Positions 1-9,196 of a DNA stretch of 64,000 nt are shown in pieces. Origin of the DNA: a virus (lineage: Duplodnaviria; Caudoviricetes). How positions within the stretch are numbered: position 1 is the first letter of the stretch; the number at the start of each line of letters is the position of its first letter. Made by a program: the position numbers and the translations under genes. The stretch lies in the IMG/VR virus record IMGVR_UViG_3300020036_002473, positions 15,364 to 79,363 of that record. One strand, written 5' to 3'. The notes below the pieces were generated by a model. It was not told the DNA's origin, did not search any database, and was given only the letters and a program-made list of their open reading frames with translations.

Positions 1-416
1 TTGCGTTGTAAGCGTCTGCGTGGTATGATTTCATGCACTGCAAAGCCATACTCAAGGTAGCTGATTGTTTCGTTGATGAAGCTACTCCAGCTATCATCCA
101 TGTCTGTCATACAGCTTGCGACAAACTTTGCACGTTCTTTCTGTTGCTCTGTAGCGCCAATTGGAGGCTCTACAGACCACTCTACACGTCCTAACATCAT
201 TCGATACACAGCTAGAGCTGCTGCCACTGTAGGGTTGTTACGCATTTCGTCAACAACTTTAAGGAAGGCAGGGAATTGGAATTCCCTGTTAGCTTCCTCA
301 ATAATTTGCTTTCCTGAACGTCTCAGCCCTGTGTAGCCTCTTTCAGCTCCGCTAATGCGGGGCAGAATAGCCCCTTCGTCTGGTGCTAGGGAGGCGCTGT
401 TAAGCTCATTAGCCAT
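1..416 (-). CDS. Portal protein, N-terminal part (runs off window)
   Basis: Hand translation from ATG at 416: MANELNSASLAP...SYLEYGFAVHEIIPRR; YGFAVHE resembles DUF935/Mu gp29-type portals; directly downstream of terL. Confidence 0.75.
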   Translation of the reverse strand, partial: MANELNSASLAPDEGAILPRISGAERGYTGLRRSGKQIIEEANREFQFPAFLKVVDEMRNNPTVAAALAVYRMMLGRVEWSVEPPIGATEQQKERAKFVASCMTDMDDSWSSFINETISYLEYGFAVHEIIPRRRLQR

Positions 417-503
417 CTCATCTCCCTATATATTGTTGCAATATAATACATATTCCTAATTTGTCAATAGGGAATAAGCAAATATATTGAAAATATTTTG
501 GTT

Positions 504-1997
504 TTATGTAAGTTTCTTTGCTATAATGCTTTGTCTGGAGAGATTAGGCATTGTGAAAGAAGGGATTTGTAAACTCTGTGCGATTATGTTAAAAGCATCA
601 GATGTAGCATCTACCATATCGTCATGACCTCTACTGTCGTAGCTGAAGTTTTCAAGCTCTTGGAAGAATTCCTCATTCCAGTCTCCTCGCACCACTCTCA
701 CACTTCCAGACTCTGCTAGTGCTGCAAAAGGTTGGAAGCGAGCTACTTTGCTGGCTCTATTTGTAATTGGTACAGTACGGGCTGCTACACCATTCTCAGC
801 TAATGTCCTTAGAAAGAACACAGCTGAAGCTTTACCACCCCCATTATCTTTTGGGATTGTGATTTGTACATCACTTCCATCTTTTTGCGCTGTGGATATA
901 ATTTCTTTAAGAACACCATCAGCCATCTTACGGAAGCGCACAACATCTTCAATGTAGTAAATACCGTATCTATCCCTAGACATCTTTACACCAGCTGTAA
1001 AGTCAGGGTCACGATAGGTTTCTGAAGGGACACTGTAAGCCAAGTCCCAACTTCGTATCTTACTAACAGCATCGTGTGGTGGCCTGTCAACAAGCTCGAC
1101 ATATCGCCTATCAAAGAATCCATCGCCTTCAGCCTTAGCTGTCCAGCTGCCGTGTAAAAACTTAAGTTGATTAACACGAGGCTGAGCTAAAAGATTAGCT
1201 AGGTAAGATGTGTTTCGTGGTGGAAGCAAGTATGGATTATCGAACACACCTGTAGGAATAAACCTGAAGCTCTTTGGAAAGAACAATTTTGACGGGTGTA
1301 TATTTTTAATCTCTGCTTCTGAGAGTCCTACAGCATATATTAAGTCTCTAGGCTTTCCGTATTTCTCGTAACACTCTTCAGCGCTATCAGCCCATAACAC
1401 TTTGCTGTCTTGTACTGTAAACCATCTAACTCTTTTCTCTGTACCTTCTACTGGCACACCATCCTCATTCAAACTGAAATCAACCCAACTTTTTAAGAAG
1501 CTGTTAATGTCGGGATTGCATGTTAAGATTAGTTGTGGCTTTATTTTCGAATGTGCTGAGCGTAGACGAGATAATAAGAATAACACTTGATGCTCTGTCC
1601 ACTTATCAGCTGCTTCATCTACAAAAATTCTAACAAGCTGAGCACCTTGGAAACCACCTAAGTCTGTATCACTGTCAATTGCATTCAAAGCAATCTCAGC
1701 ACCAGAGGGAAACACCCACGTTCTTGCTTGTGTCTTATAAATTCCACCAAACTCGGGGTAGACACTCTTAGATTCACTAACAATACCACCCTGCCGTGTT
1801 AGCTCTGGTACACTTCTACGGAAGATGGCACATTTAAAGTGGGGGTCATGAATTGCATCTAAGTTCTTCATGATAATGGTTCTCGTTTTCCCTCCTCCGG
1901 CTGAGCCCCCTACACATATGACATCGGTATAATTGTCCTGCAATGCTAATTTTTGTTTTTCAGATACTGGGGCATAGACACTACGTTCTTCTGCCAT
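504..1997 (-). CDS. terL: Terminase large subunit
   Basis: Walker A GGSAGGGKT, Walker B IFVDEA, LTCNP, nuclease motifs RSWDLA and HDDMVDA. Confidence 0.95.
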   Translation of the reverse strand: MAEERSVYAPVSEKQKLALQDNYTDVICVGGSAGGGKTRTIIMKNLDAIHDPHFKCAIFRRSVPELTRQGGIVSESKSVYPEFGGIYKTQARTWVFPSGAEIALNAIDSDTDLGGFQGAQLVRIFVDEAADKWTEHQVLFLLSRLRSAHSKIKPQLILTCNPDINSFLKSWVDFSLNEDGVPVEGTEKRVRWFTVQDSKVLWADSAEECYEKYGKPRDLIYAVGLSEAEIKNIHPSKLFFPKSFRFIPTGVFDNPYLLPPRNTSYLANLLAQPRVNQLKFLHGSWTAKAEGDGFFDRRYVELVDRPPHDAVSKIRSWDLAYSVPSETYRDPDFTAGVKMSRDRYGIYYIEDVVRFRKMADGVLKEIISTAQKDGSDVQITIPKDNGGGKASAVFFLRTLAENGVAARTVPITNRASKVARFQPFAALAESGSVRVVRGDWNEEFFQELENFSYDSRGHDDMVDATSDAFNIIAQSLQIPSFTMPNLSRQSIIAKKLT

Positions 1998-2041
1998 ACC
2001 TACTCACTCCTTTTAAAATTCTTCTCCTTACGTTGTTCTAC

Positions 2042-2085
2042 AAAAACAAAAACCCTGCAAGGAGCCTATTAAGCTTCTTACAGGG
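2042..2085 (-). terminator. Rho-independent terminator between tRNA/RNA unit and terL
   Basis: Minus strand CCCTGTAAGAAGC-TTAATAG-GCTCCTTGCAGGG then TTTTTGTTTTT. Confidence 0.7.
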
Positions 2086-2295
2086 CTATTGATTGGAAGT
2101 TTGCCACTCTACCCGCAAAACATTCCAGTTGGGCATACCCCCAACCTCTCCACAATACACCCATCTACGTGGGCTTCAAAAGAGCTGCTTGAACTGTAAG
2201 CAACACTTAATAATGTGCCCCCACTAAACCTAGAAGGAGAGACTAGGCTAGCAGAGGTCTTAAAAAGCTGACGCTTTTGCGTCTTAAAACTATAA
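2086..2295 (-). ncRNA. Putative structured non-coding RNA of unknown family
   Basis: Non-coding trailer of two tRNAs with many hairpins (GACGC/GCGTC, GCCTAG/CTAGGT, TGCTT/AAGCA, GTTGGG/CCCAAC, TGGAA..TTTGC/GCAAA..TTCCA). Confidence 0.4.
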
Positions 2296-2302
2296 TTATT
2301 CT

Positions 2303-2379
2303 TGGTCAGTGAAGTAAGCCTCGAACTTACGACCTCATGGCCCCAAACCATGCACTCTACCAGACTGAGCTATTCACTG
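2303..2379 (-). tRNA. tRNA-Pro(UGG)
   Basis: Acceptor CAGTGAA/TTCACTG, anticodon arm CATGG-TTTGGGG-CCATG, GTTCGA T-loop, encoded CCA. Confidence 0.95.
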
Positions 2380-2380
2380 A

Positions 2381-2456
2381 TGGTGCTCCTTGAGAGACTT
2401 GAACTCCCAACATCCACATTACAAATGTGGTGCTCTGCCAATTGAGCTAAAAGAGC
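2381..2456 (-). tRNA. tRNA-Thr(UGU)
   Basis: Anticodon arm CCACA-TTTGTAA-TGTGG, GTTCAA T-loop, encoded CCA. Confidence 0.95.
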
Positions 2457-2474
2457 TTGTCCTTCACATAAGCT

Positions 2475-2502
2475 ATTAAAACATGCTTTCCTATTTTGTC
2501 AA
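2475..2502 (-). promoter_or_regulatory. Sigma70-type promoter for tRNA unit
   Basis: TTGACA-N16-TTTAAT with TG extended -10. Confidence 0.65.
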
Positions 2503-2519
2503 GAGGGGAAATGACGAAG

Positions 2520-2909
2520 TTATTTAATCTCTTGTATTTCATTGAAATTAACAAGTGGCTTAATACGCCCATCATCTTCAATCTGCTTAATACCTTGCTG
2601 CTGTTGCGTATGCTTAATTTCTAGCAATGTTCTTTGTAACGCATCCTTATTAATCTCTGTAGCAATCTTAAGATTAAGGTCTACAATTGTTCTTGCAGCA
2701 TCTAGGGCAATACGCTCGTCTTGGCTTCTTGACAAAGCGTTAAGCTTACGAATACTTGCCCGATTAGCTTTTGCTAAGTATTTTAATGTGTTGCTAAGCT
2801 CATGTTTGTCCCGTATAAAGCTAAGCTTACCTGCTGGAGTCATTGTTGCTGGAGACTTGTCATCCTCTTCATCAATGTCCTCATATTCTTCTTCAAATTG
2901 TTCTTGCAT
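2520..2909 (-). CDS. Hypothetical protein, possible terminase small subunit
   Basis: 129 aa, helical-looking, GGAGGG RBS, same strand upstream of terL; function from position only. Confidence 0.4.
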   Translation of the reverse strand: MQEQFEEEYEDIDEEDDKSPATMTPAGKLSFIRDKHELSNTLKYLAKANRASIRKLNALSRSQDERIALDAARTIVDLNLKIATEINKDALQRTLLEIKHTQQQQGIKQIEDDGRIKPLVNFNEIQEIK

Positions 2910-2927
2910 AATCCCTCCTATTGCTAT

Positions 2928-2955
2928 ACTATATAACGAAATGCTTATTTGTCAA
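2928..2955 (-). promoter_or_regulatory. Sigma70-type promoter
   Basis: TTGACA-N16-TATAGT upstream of 2909. Confidence 0.6.
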
Positions 2956-3028
2956 GGGGCTTGCAGCCAGCACCTCGCATTCGTGGTTCTTGAATAAAGA
3001 ATAAAGGGCTAACGAGTGAAACGAGAAC

Positions 3029-3057
3029 TTGACAAGAAGCTAGAATGTGGTTAAATT
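3029..3057 (+). promoter_or_regulatory. Sigma70-type promoter, divergent from previous
   Basis: TTGACA-N17-TAAATT. Confidence 0.55.
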
Positions 3058-3087
3058 GTGTTTACGTTGAACAACAAAGGAGGATGT

Positions 3088-3825
3088 ATGTACGAAATGT
3101 TTAAAGGAGATTGCTTGGAAGTTATGAAGCAGATTCCTGATGGAAGTGTTGATATGATTTTGTGTGACCCGCCTTACCAGAAAACTTGTAATAAATGGGA
3201 TTCTATTATCCCTTTCGACCTGATGTGGAAGCAAATAGAGAGGATTATTAAACTAAACGGTGCGATTGTCTTGTTTGGCCAGAACACATTTACTTTTAAG
3301 CTTGGTCTATCTAATGAAAAATTATTTAGGTACACAATGACATGGGAGAAAACTAAAGCTGGTGGATTTCTTAATGCTAACAGGATGCCGCTTCAAGCGC
3401 ATGAGGATATACTTGTTTTCTATAAGAAGCTTCCTACATACATCCCACAATTTGAAGATGGTAAGCCTTACACAAAGAAAGCTGTTACAAACGGGGATGG
3501 GGGTAACTACGGAAATTTTAACCGTATTGGTGAAATTGCAATTAATGATGGGAAGCGGTTTCCTAGAAGCGTTATTAAATTCTCAAACGACAATCATGGA
3601 AGTCTGCACCCTACGCAGAAGCCGGTAGCTTTGATGGAGTATTTAGCTAAAACATACTCTAACGAAGGTGATGTTGTATTGGACTTTACAATGGGGTCTG
3701 GAACAACAGGAGTAGCTTGTGCTAATATAGGCCGTAAATTTATTGGTATTGAAATGGATGATAAGTATTTTGCAATTGCAAAAGAACGTGTATCATCTGC
3801 CTATGAAAAACAAAAAGGAGCCTAG
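3088..3825 (+). CDS. N4-cytosine/N6-adenine DNA methyltransferase, beta class
   Basis: DPPY, HPTQKP and DFTMGSGTTG motifs; start set at 3088 after AAGGAGG. Confidence 0.93.
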   Translation: MYEMFKGDCLEVMKQIPDGSVDMILCDPPYQKTCNKWDSIIPFDLMWKQIERIIKLNGAIVLFGQNTFTFKLGLSNEKLFRYTMTWEKTKAGGFLNANRMPLQAHEDILVFYKKLPTYIPQFEDGKPYTKKAVTNGDGGNYGNFNRIGEIAINDGKRFPRSVIKFSNDNHGSLHPTQKPVALMEYLAKTYSNEGDVVLDFTMGSGTTGVACANIGRKFIGIEMDDKYFAIAKERVSSAYEKQKGA

Positions 3826-4141
3826 AAACAACAATGAAGCAGCATGACAAAACAAATGTGCCTCGCAAAGAAAGCCTCAACAAAACGCTTGTAAGCTTTG
3901 GGCATAAGGTGCATAATGATAAGCGTAGTAAGAAGCTAGAGAAAGACAAACAGAAGAAACTTGAGGAGGAGATGTTGTGGGACTAACATGTACAGAGGAG
4001 GGCTGGTGTATGGCTGATGAGTTTGATTTAGAGGAATATCTAAATAAAGCTGAGTATTTTGAAGTGGGTAGTGCGTATGCTCAAGAGGAATTTGATGTTC
4101 CTGCGTATGCTTTTAAAGAATTTATGTAAAGGAGAAACAAA

Positions 4142-4360
4142 ATGATTGCTGAAAAAGATATTGAAGCAAAACAATTAGTAGCGAATAGCTTGTACGAATA
4201 TACACAACAACTAGAAGAAGCTCTTAAAGAGAAATGGCGTGTTGACTACGACCAGCCTCTTTACATGCAAGGCTACATGTGTTGTGCAACGCTTGTACGT
4301 GATGTAAAAATTCTTCCACCAATTGTGAATAAGTCACAGCCAACCAAAGGAGCTAAATAA
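4142..4360 (+). CDS. Hypothetical protein
   Basis: AAGGAG RBS, coupled to next ORF. Confidence 0.7.
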   Translation: MIAEKDIEAKQLVANSLYEYTQQLEEALKEKWRVDYDQPLYMQGYMCCATLVRDVKILPPIVNKSQPTKGAK

Positions 4361-4578
4361 TGCAACTACAAGAACCAACATTCTACGATTTCTGCACCAA
4401 GTTTCAAGAAGCAATTAAGAATGATTATTGTATCTCTACGGATACGGATAAACTGCCGTGTACAATTGGTTCACAATTCTTTGCGACATTGGTGAAGATT
4501 AGCCCGCCTAAGCGTGTTGTAGAGGAAGAGGTTAAACCAGAAGCTGCAAAGCCGTCTGCTAAGAAAGTGAAGGTATAG
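4360..4578 (+). CDS. Hypothetical protein
   Basis: TAATG overlap, RBS. Confidence 0.7.
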   Translation: MQLQEPTFYDFCTKFQEAIKNDYCISTDTDKLPCTIGSQFFATLVKISPPKRVVEEEVKPEAAKPSAKKVKV

Positions 4579-4581
4579 CCT

Positions 4582-4764
4582 ATGAGCCGTGGTGAAACTT
4601 TCATAAAAAGAAATGACGTAACAGGAGATTTGCTAATGACAAAACCTGTGTCAGATAGTTATAGGGATAATTATGACAAAATCTTCCGCAAGGACAAACA
4701 GGCAGAGGCAAATTTGGATGTGGCTGCTGAAGAAGCAGAAGAAGGCTTGAATGACACAAATTAA
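4582..4764 (+). CDS. Hypothetical protein
   Basis: Tightly packed ORF in operon. Confidence 0.6.
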   Translation: MSRGETFIKRNDVTGDLLMTKPVSDSYRDNYDKIFRKDKQAEANLDVAAEEAEEGLNDTN

Positions 4765-4972
4765 CGCACGTATCAGTAGTGACAATGAGCGTTATGTCTC
4801 AAATGAAACGGAAATGTTGCTGGTTAGCGAACATCCGCCTCCCTTAAATGTAAATTTGTTAATTGTTACAGAATTTGGAAAGTTGCTAATCGGGAAAATG
4901 GGGCCAGACGTAGTGGAATGGCAAGCCCTCCCCAAGCGCGCATCTAAAAACAAACAGAAGGAGAATGTATGA
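4751..4972 (+). CDS. Hypothetical protein
   Basis: Overlaps neighbours in operon. Confidence 0.6.
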   Translation: MTQINARISSDNERYVSNETEMLLVSEHPPPLNVNLLIVTEFGKLLIGKMGPDVVEWQALPKRASKNKQKENV

Positions 4973-5763
4973 CACGAGTAAATGAAATTTCTGAAGAATT
5001 ACTTCCTTACGTTGGAAAAGAACGTAGAAATTCATCTAAGCGTTCTGTGAAGGAAAAGCCTTCAGCAGCTACAAACGCAAAGTATATGGAAGAGAATGAA
5101 AACCGTATGCAGAAGTTTGTTCCAACAGCACAACAGAAGGTGCTTATCAATAAAGTACGTGAACACACACTTACTTTTGTTGACTCTGTAGCTGCTACAG
5201 GTAAAACTTCTAGTGTGCTTTGGTATTTCTGCCAAGAGTATATTAAAGACCCTTCACGGCAGATTGTAGTCATTCGTACACCAGTGGAAGCAGGGCCAGA
5301 CAAGATTGGATTCTTGCCAAATGATTTGTCTGCTAAGCTTGAACCACATTTTGCATCTACTCGACGTATCCTAGAAGATTTCTTAGGTAAGACTCGTGTA
5401 GCTGCTGATGTTGGTAAACGCATTCATTTTATGATTCCTAACTATGTGCTAGGGTCTACAATTGATAACAGCCTAATTCTTGTGGATGAAGTACAACAAG
5501 TCCAACCACTTATCCTTAAACTACTACTTGAGCGTTTAGGTAAAAACTCTAAGTGTGTTGTCGCAGGTTGTAGTGACCAGCTCTACACAACAGATAAAAA
5601 CCGTAATGCACTGAAGGACGCTATGCAGCGTTTCTTTACTGTTGAAGGTGACGTGTACACTGCTAAATATCCAGACATTGCTACTCACAAGTTTGAGATT
5701 GAAGAAGTAATGCGACATGAGATTGTTAAAAGTGTTATTCGCGCATATGTTGGGGCTAGTTGA
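4969..5763 (+). CDS. phoH: PhoH-like ATPase
   Basis: AATGKT P-loop, KIGFLP, LGSTIDNSLILVDEVQ, VMRHEIV. Confidence 0.9.
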   Translation: MTRVNEISEELLPYVGKERRNSSKRSVKEKPSAATNAKYMEENENRMQKFVPTAQQKVLINKVREHTLTFVDSVAATGKTSSVLWYFCQEYIKDPSRQIVVIRTPVEAGPDKIGFLPNDLSAKLEPHFASTRRILEDFLGKTRVAADVGKRIHFMIPNYVLGSTIDNSLILVDEVQQVQPLILKLLLERLGKNSKCVVAGCSDQLYTTDKNRNALKDAMQRFFTVEGDVYTAKYPDIATHKFEIEEVMRHEIVKSVIRAYVGAS

Positions 5764-6101
5764 TGAGTAAAGTAAAAGATAAACATCTCTACCCCGTAGA
5801 CAAACACGGAAACATGCTAGACGATGCTGGCTATCGTTGCTCACCTCCTGCTAGCTGGCTTCCAATGGAGAAGTTTAAAGCTTCCTTACGCTTTATCGAA
5901 GAAGAGCGTGGACGGAGTAGCTTTCGCTTGATCTGTAAGGATGTTGTGACAGGGAAGCGTTATAGCGTTATGGCTAATTCTTTGGGAGCATTTATTAAGC
6001 GTTGCCGTGAAGGTGTTGTTGAAGGGGAGTGGCAGGTTGTGCAGCGTGGAGCAAGCTTCGGCACAGTATTATTAGAAGAGGAGAGTGTGGATGGTGAATA
6101 A
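5760..6101 (+). CDS. Hypothetical protein
   Basis: Coupled ORF, 113 aa. Confidence 0.65.
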   Translation: MMSKVKDKHLYPVDKHGNMLDDAGYRCSPPASWLPMEKFKASLRFIEEERGRSSFRLICKDVVTGKRYSVMANSLGAFIKRCREGVVEGEWQVVQRGASFGTVLLEEESVDGE

Positions 6102-6819
6102 TAAACAAATTAGAAATGTACGGACATTTGGTGCAGATTTCTCTCAGACAACAACACCATTTAGTGTTTACGCTGCTACACGTCAAAGCGTAGACTATGT
6201 TGTAAACTTGTGGGATTGTTTAGAGACGTTGAGCGACATAGACGAGGCTCTGATGGTATTGCAGTTGGCCTCTGAGGACGACACTGTAACATTACGTTTA
6301 AACATGGATGGTGGAAGTCATTCTGTAGGTGATGCTCTCATTCAAGCTATGCAATCGTGTAAATGTGAAGTACATGTTATAGCAAGTGGGCGCATTGCTT
6401 CTTATGGTACGTTCATTTTATTGTCAGCCGATTCATTCGAGATTAGCGAGTTTGCCACGATAATGTGCCATGCGGCTAGTTTTGGGAGCTTTGGTAAACA
6501 AGGGGCTGTAAAAGAGCATGTAATGTTTGAACATGACCAGTGTGTGAAAATGATTAAGCATTATTACAAATACTTTCTGACAGAAGCAGAGATTACACGC
6601 CTGCTGGAAGAAGGGCATGACCTATGGCTTACAGCAGAACAGTTTATTGAACGCTTCCAGCAAAGAAATAAACTCCTAGCAGCAGAACAAGACACATGCG
6701 ATTGCGAAGAATGTAATGGTTGTGACGATGATGAGCCACTGACAGAGGAAGAAGAGGAGGAATTGCACAAAGCACTAGAAGGTTTAAAACACAAAATTAA
6801 AGATAAAGATGCGATGTAA
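6085..6819 (+). CDS. ClpP-like serine protease
   Basis: LNMDGG, IASYGTFIL (catalytic Ser) and IMCH (His) in ClpP spacing. Confidence 0.8.
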   Translation: MWMVNNKQIRNVRTFGADFSQTTTPFSVYAATRQSVDYVVNLWDCLETLSDIDEALMVLQLASEDDTVTLRLNMDGGSHSVGDALIQAMQSCKCEVHVIASGRIASYGTFILLSADSFEISEFATIMCHAASFGSFGKQGAVKEHVMFEHDQCVKMIKHYYKYFLTEAEITRLLEEGHDLWLTAEQFIERFQQRNKLLAAEQDTCDCEECNGCDDDEPLTEEEEEELHKALEGLKHKIKDKDAM

Positions 6820-6858
6820 GCCATTGCCATAACGCCATGTAGAAATACAAGCAAAAAC

Positions 6859-6939
6859 AGCCCTATAAAATCGTTAAAAGTGCTTGCTTAATACTCCGGT
6901 ATAGGCTAACATGAATTATCGGTTTTATAGGGCTTTTTC
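6859..6939 (+). terminator. Large-loop inverted repeat or terminator
   Basis: AGCCCTATAAAATCG...CGGTTTTATAGGGCT followed by TTTT. Confidence 0.55.
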
Positions 6940-6988
6940 TCGTGCATAAAGAGGGAAACATAGGCATTAATTTTACAAGGAGAAACGT

Positions 6989-8182
6989 GTGAAGCTAACT
7001 ATCAATAGAGACGTGGATGAGGATGGTGAAAATGTTGTTGTGTTTGGAAACTTGCGCATGTCATTTCATTCTGACAGCCACAAGACGTTCTATTCAAAAT
7101 CTAGTAAGGATGGCTTGTTACGTTGGCTTTACACGCAAACAACTGGAAAGCCTGATGACAATCTTCGTAAGCTACCTTCTTGGAAAGAATTCTACACAGC
7201 CATTGGAGATGAGTGGGGCTGTAGTGTTGCTAAAATGATGCCTATTCTACAACATGCTATCTATTACCATTTGGTTGTTCCAAAAATGAATGCTATTAAG
7301 CACGTATGTTTCTGGAAGAAAGCTCATAAAAAACAAAAAATCCATGTTATAGGCAATTATAAAAGCATTGAGCAAGTTGTAAAGGATGGAAACAGCAGGC
7401 TTCTTCCTTTAATGTATAAGAAGAATTGCTATGACACAAAAGTATTAAAAGAAAACTATGGGAGTAGCTTATGGAAGTATCTTTGCTCTTGCAAAAAGCA
7501 TAGAATTTCTGTTATAGCTAAGAACATTAATATGCAGGATGATGCTTGGGAGTATGTACACAAGATACCAACAGGACTACTAGATGATGCCCACCCTATA
7601 ACGTACAATACATATGTTACAGAAAAGGAAGCTGTAAAGATCATAGACTGGGTGGTTGGGAATATTCCGTACACAAAATGTGACGCCTCAAAGCTTATAT
7701 CGCTTCTTAGGGATACTGTTGCTATGGGTAGGTCCCTTGATAAACCATTAAACTTTAACAAGCTAAAAGGTCATGGATATGAGGACATTATTACATTGCA
7801 TGACAAACTAGCTATTGAGCATAGGGCTAAACAGGATGAGATACAAAGCAAGCGTATGGACTTGGTGTTGTGCAAAGGATTACCTGAAATTGTTGAGAAA
7901 GACAATATTACAGCTACACTGCTAGACACAAGACGTAAACTTAGTGAAGAAGGGAATGTTATGCACCACTGTGTTAGCTCATATGCTTCTTATGTTGAAA
8001 GGGGAGAATATCTTGTGTATAGTGTGAGAGGGAATAACGAGAGGTCTACAATTGGGCTACAAAAAGTAGGGGATACTTTTGATATTGAGCAAGTTAGGGG
8101 TGTTTGCAACGCTAATGTCAGCGAATCTCATAAAATGTTTGCTTTACACGTTTTAACAGAATTGAATAAGGAGAGTATCTAA
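6989..8182 (+). CDS. PcfJ-like domain protein
   Basis: C-terminal LSEEGNVMHHCVSSY...STI...EQVRGVCN signature. Confidence 0.75.
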   Translation: MKLTINRDVDEDGENVVVFGNLRMSFHSDSHKTFYSKSSKDGLLRWLYTQTTGKPDDNLRKLPSWKEFYTAIGDEWGCSVAKMMPILQHAIYYHLVVPKMNAIKHVCFWKKAHKKQKIHVIGNYKSIEQVVKDGNSRLLPLMYKKNCYDTKVLKENYGSSLWKYLCSCKKHRISVIAKNINMQDDAWEYVHKIPTGLLDDAHPITYNTYVTEKEAVKIIDWVVGNIPYTKCDASKLISLLRDTVAMGRSLDKPLNFNKLKGHGYEDIITLHDKLAIEHRAKQDEIQSKRMDLVLCKGLPEIVEKDNITATLLDTRRKLSEEGNVMHHCVSSYASYVERGEYLVYSVRGNNERSTIGLQKVGDTFDIEQVRGVCNANVSESHKMFALHVLTELNKESI

Positions 8183-8424
8183 TGGCTACAGAATGGAAAC
8201 AAACAAGCTTCAAGCTAACGCTGACACCACAAATGTCAAGCAAGGTTGAAGATGTTATAAACGAGGCTCACAGGATTGCACAGGAGCTTAATGTTATTGT
8301 ATGCTTCACCTTCAATGGCTGCTACATGGAAATTGGAAGCAACCACAAGAAGGAATGGCTGCTGGAAGTTTGGAAGAATTACCTAGCTAACATGTCACAA
8401 TGTAAAGGAGAAACAAAATGCTAA
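8182..8424 (+). CDS. Hypothetical protein
   Basis: Coupled ORF, RBS. Confidence 0.65.
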   Translation: MATEWKQTSFKLTLTPQMSSKVEDVINEAHRIAQELNVIVCFTFNGCYMEIGSNHKKEWLLEVWKNYLANMSQCKGETKC

Positions 8425-8615
8425 CAAATATTGAGCTACAGAATTGGTTGAAGCAATTTCCAGATGATTTGAAAGTGTCTGTGTTGGAAGAAAGGAAAGA
8501 TGTGACTGGATGTCTTACATGGACGACATTCACAGAAGCTGAGATTGGAAACAATGTTGAATATGTCTTGCAATATATGACAAAGACACCAACAATTTGC
8601 TTTGGAAATAATTAG
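8418..8615 (+). CDS. Hypothetical protein
   Basis: AAGGAG RBS. Confidence 0.65.
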   Translation: MLTNIELQNWLKQFPDDLKVSVLEERKDVTGCLTWTTFTEAEIGNNVEYVLQYMTKTPTICFGNN

Positions 8616-8627
8616 AGGAGAACTATT

Positions 8628-9053
8628 ATGAGAAATTCTTGGAGAACTTCCGTTGGGGGCGTAGCCACATACTCGGTAATTCGCCTATGGAACAAAGGAG
8701 ATAAGACGGGGTCTTTGCTAGGAATGTTCCTAACGCTTCTTGGCCCGCAAGGGTGCTTCTTTCTTCTTTGCTTCCTGATTATTGCTGTTGTTAATTTCTG
8801 GATGTGGCTAATCGGAGCAGCCCTCCTCTTGTGGGCAAGCTTAGCTATTGCTATTAGTTTGTCTATGCCTAAGTATTTCTTCAATGCTGGCTGCTGGTGG
8901 ACAACAGAAGGAGATAATACGCATGTTGTAGACACAGCATGGATGCAGGAGAAATTTACGAAAGAGCAGCGTGTAGATATGCAAAGGAAATTTTTGAAGG
9001 CGCTGGGGAAATACCGTAAGGATTACCCTCATATGTCGTTGGATGTTTTATAG
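8628..9053 (+). CDS. Hypothetical membrane protein
   Basis: Two or three hydrophobic segments, GAGGAG RBS. Confidence 0.65.
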   Translation: MRNSWRTSVGGVATYSVIRLWNKGDKTGSLLGMFLTLLGPQGCFFLLCFLIIAVVNFWMWLIGAALLLWASLAIAISLSMPKYFFNAGCWWTTEGDNTHVVDTAWMQEKFTKEQRVDMQRKFLKALGKYRKDYPHMSLDVL

Positions 9054-9196
9054 GATTTAAGCCATTATTGAAGAGTCAAGTAGAGATTTTCACTTGTATA
9101 ATCATTAGGTTACAATGGTTTTCAACAAATTTACGCCCCATATGAGTAGAGGCATATGGAGGTATTGTTTATTAGCTTTAAGAGAGGAGATATACT

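Noticed and set aside
2086-2295. tmRNA, RNase P RNA or further tRNAs
   Set aside because: No T-loop with CCA end, no tag ORF, no RNase P core motifs
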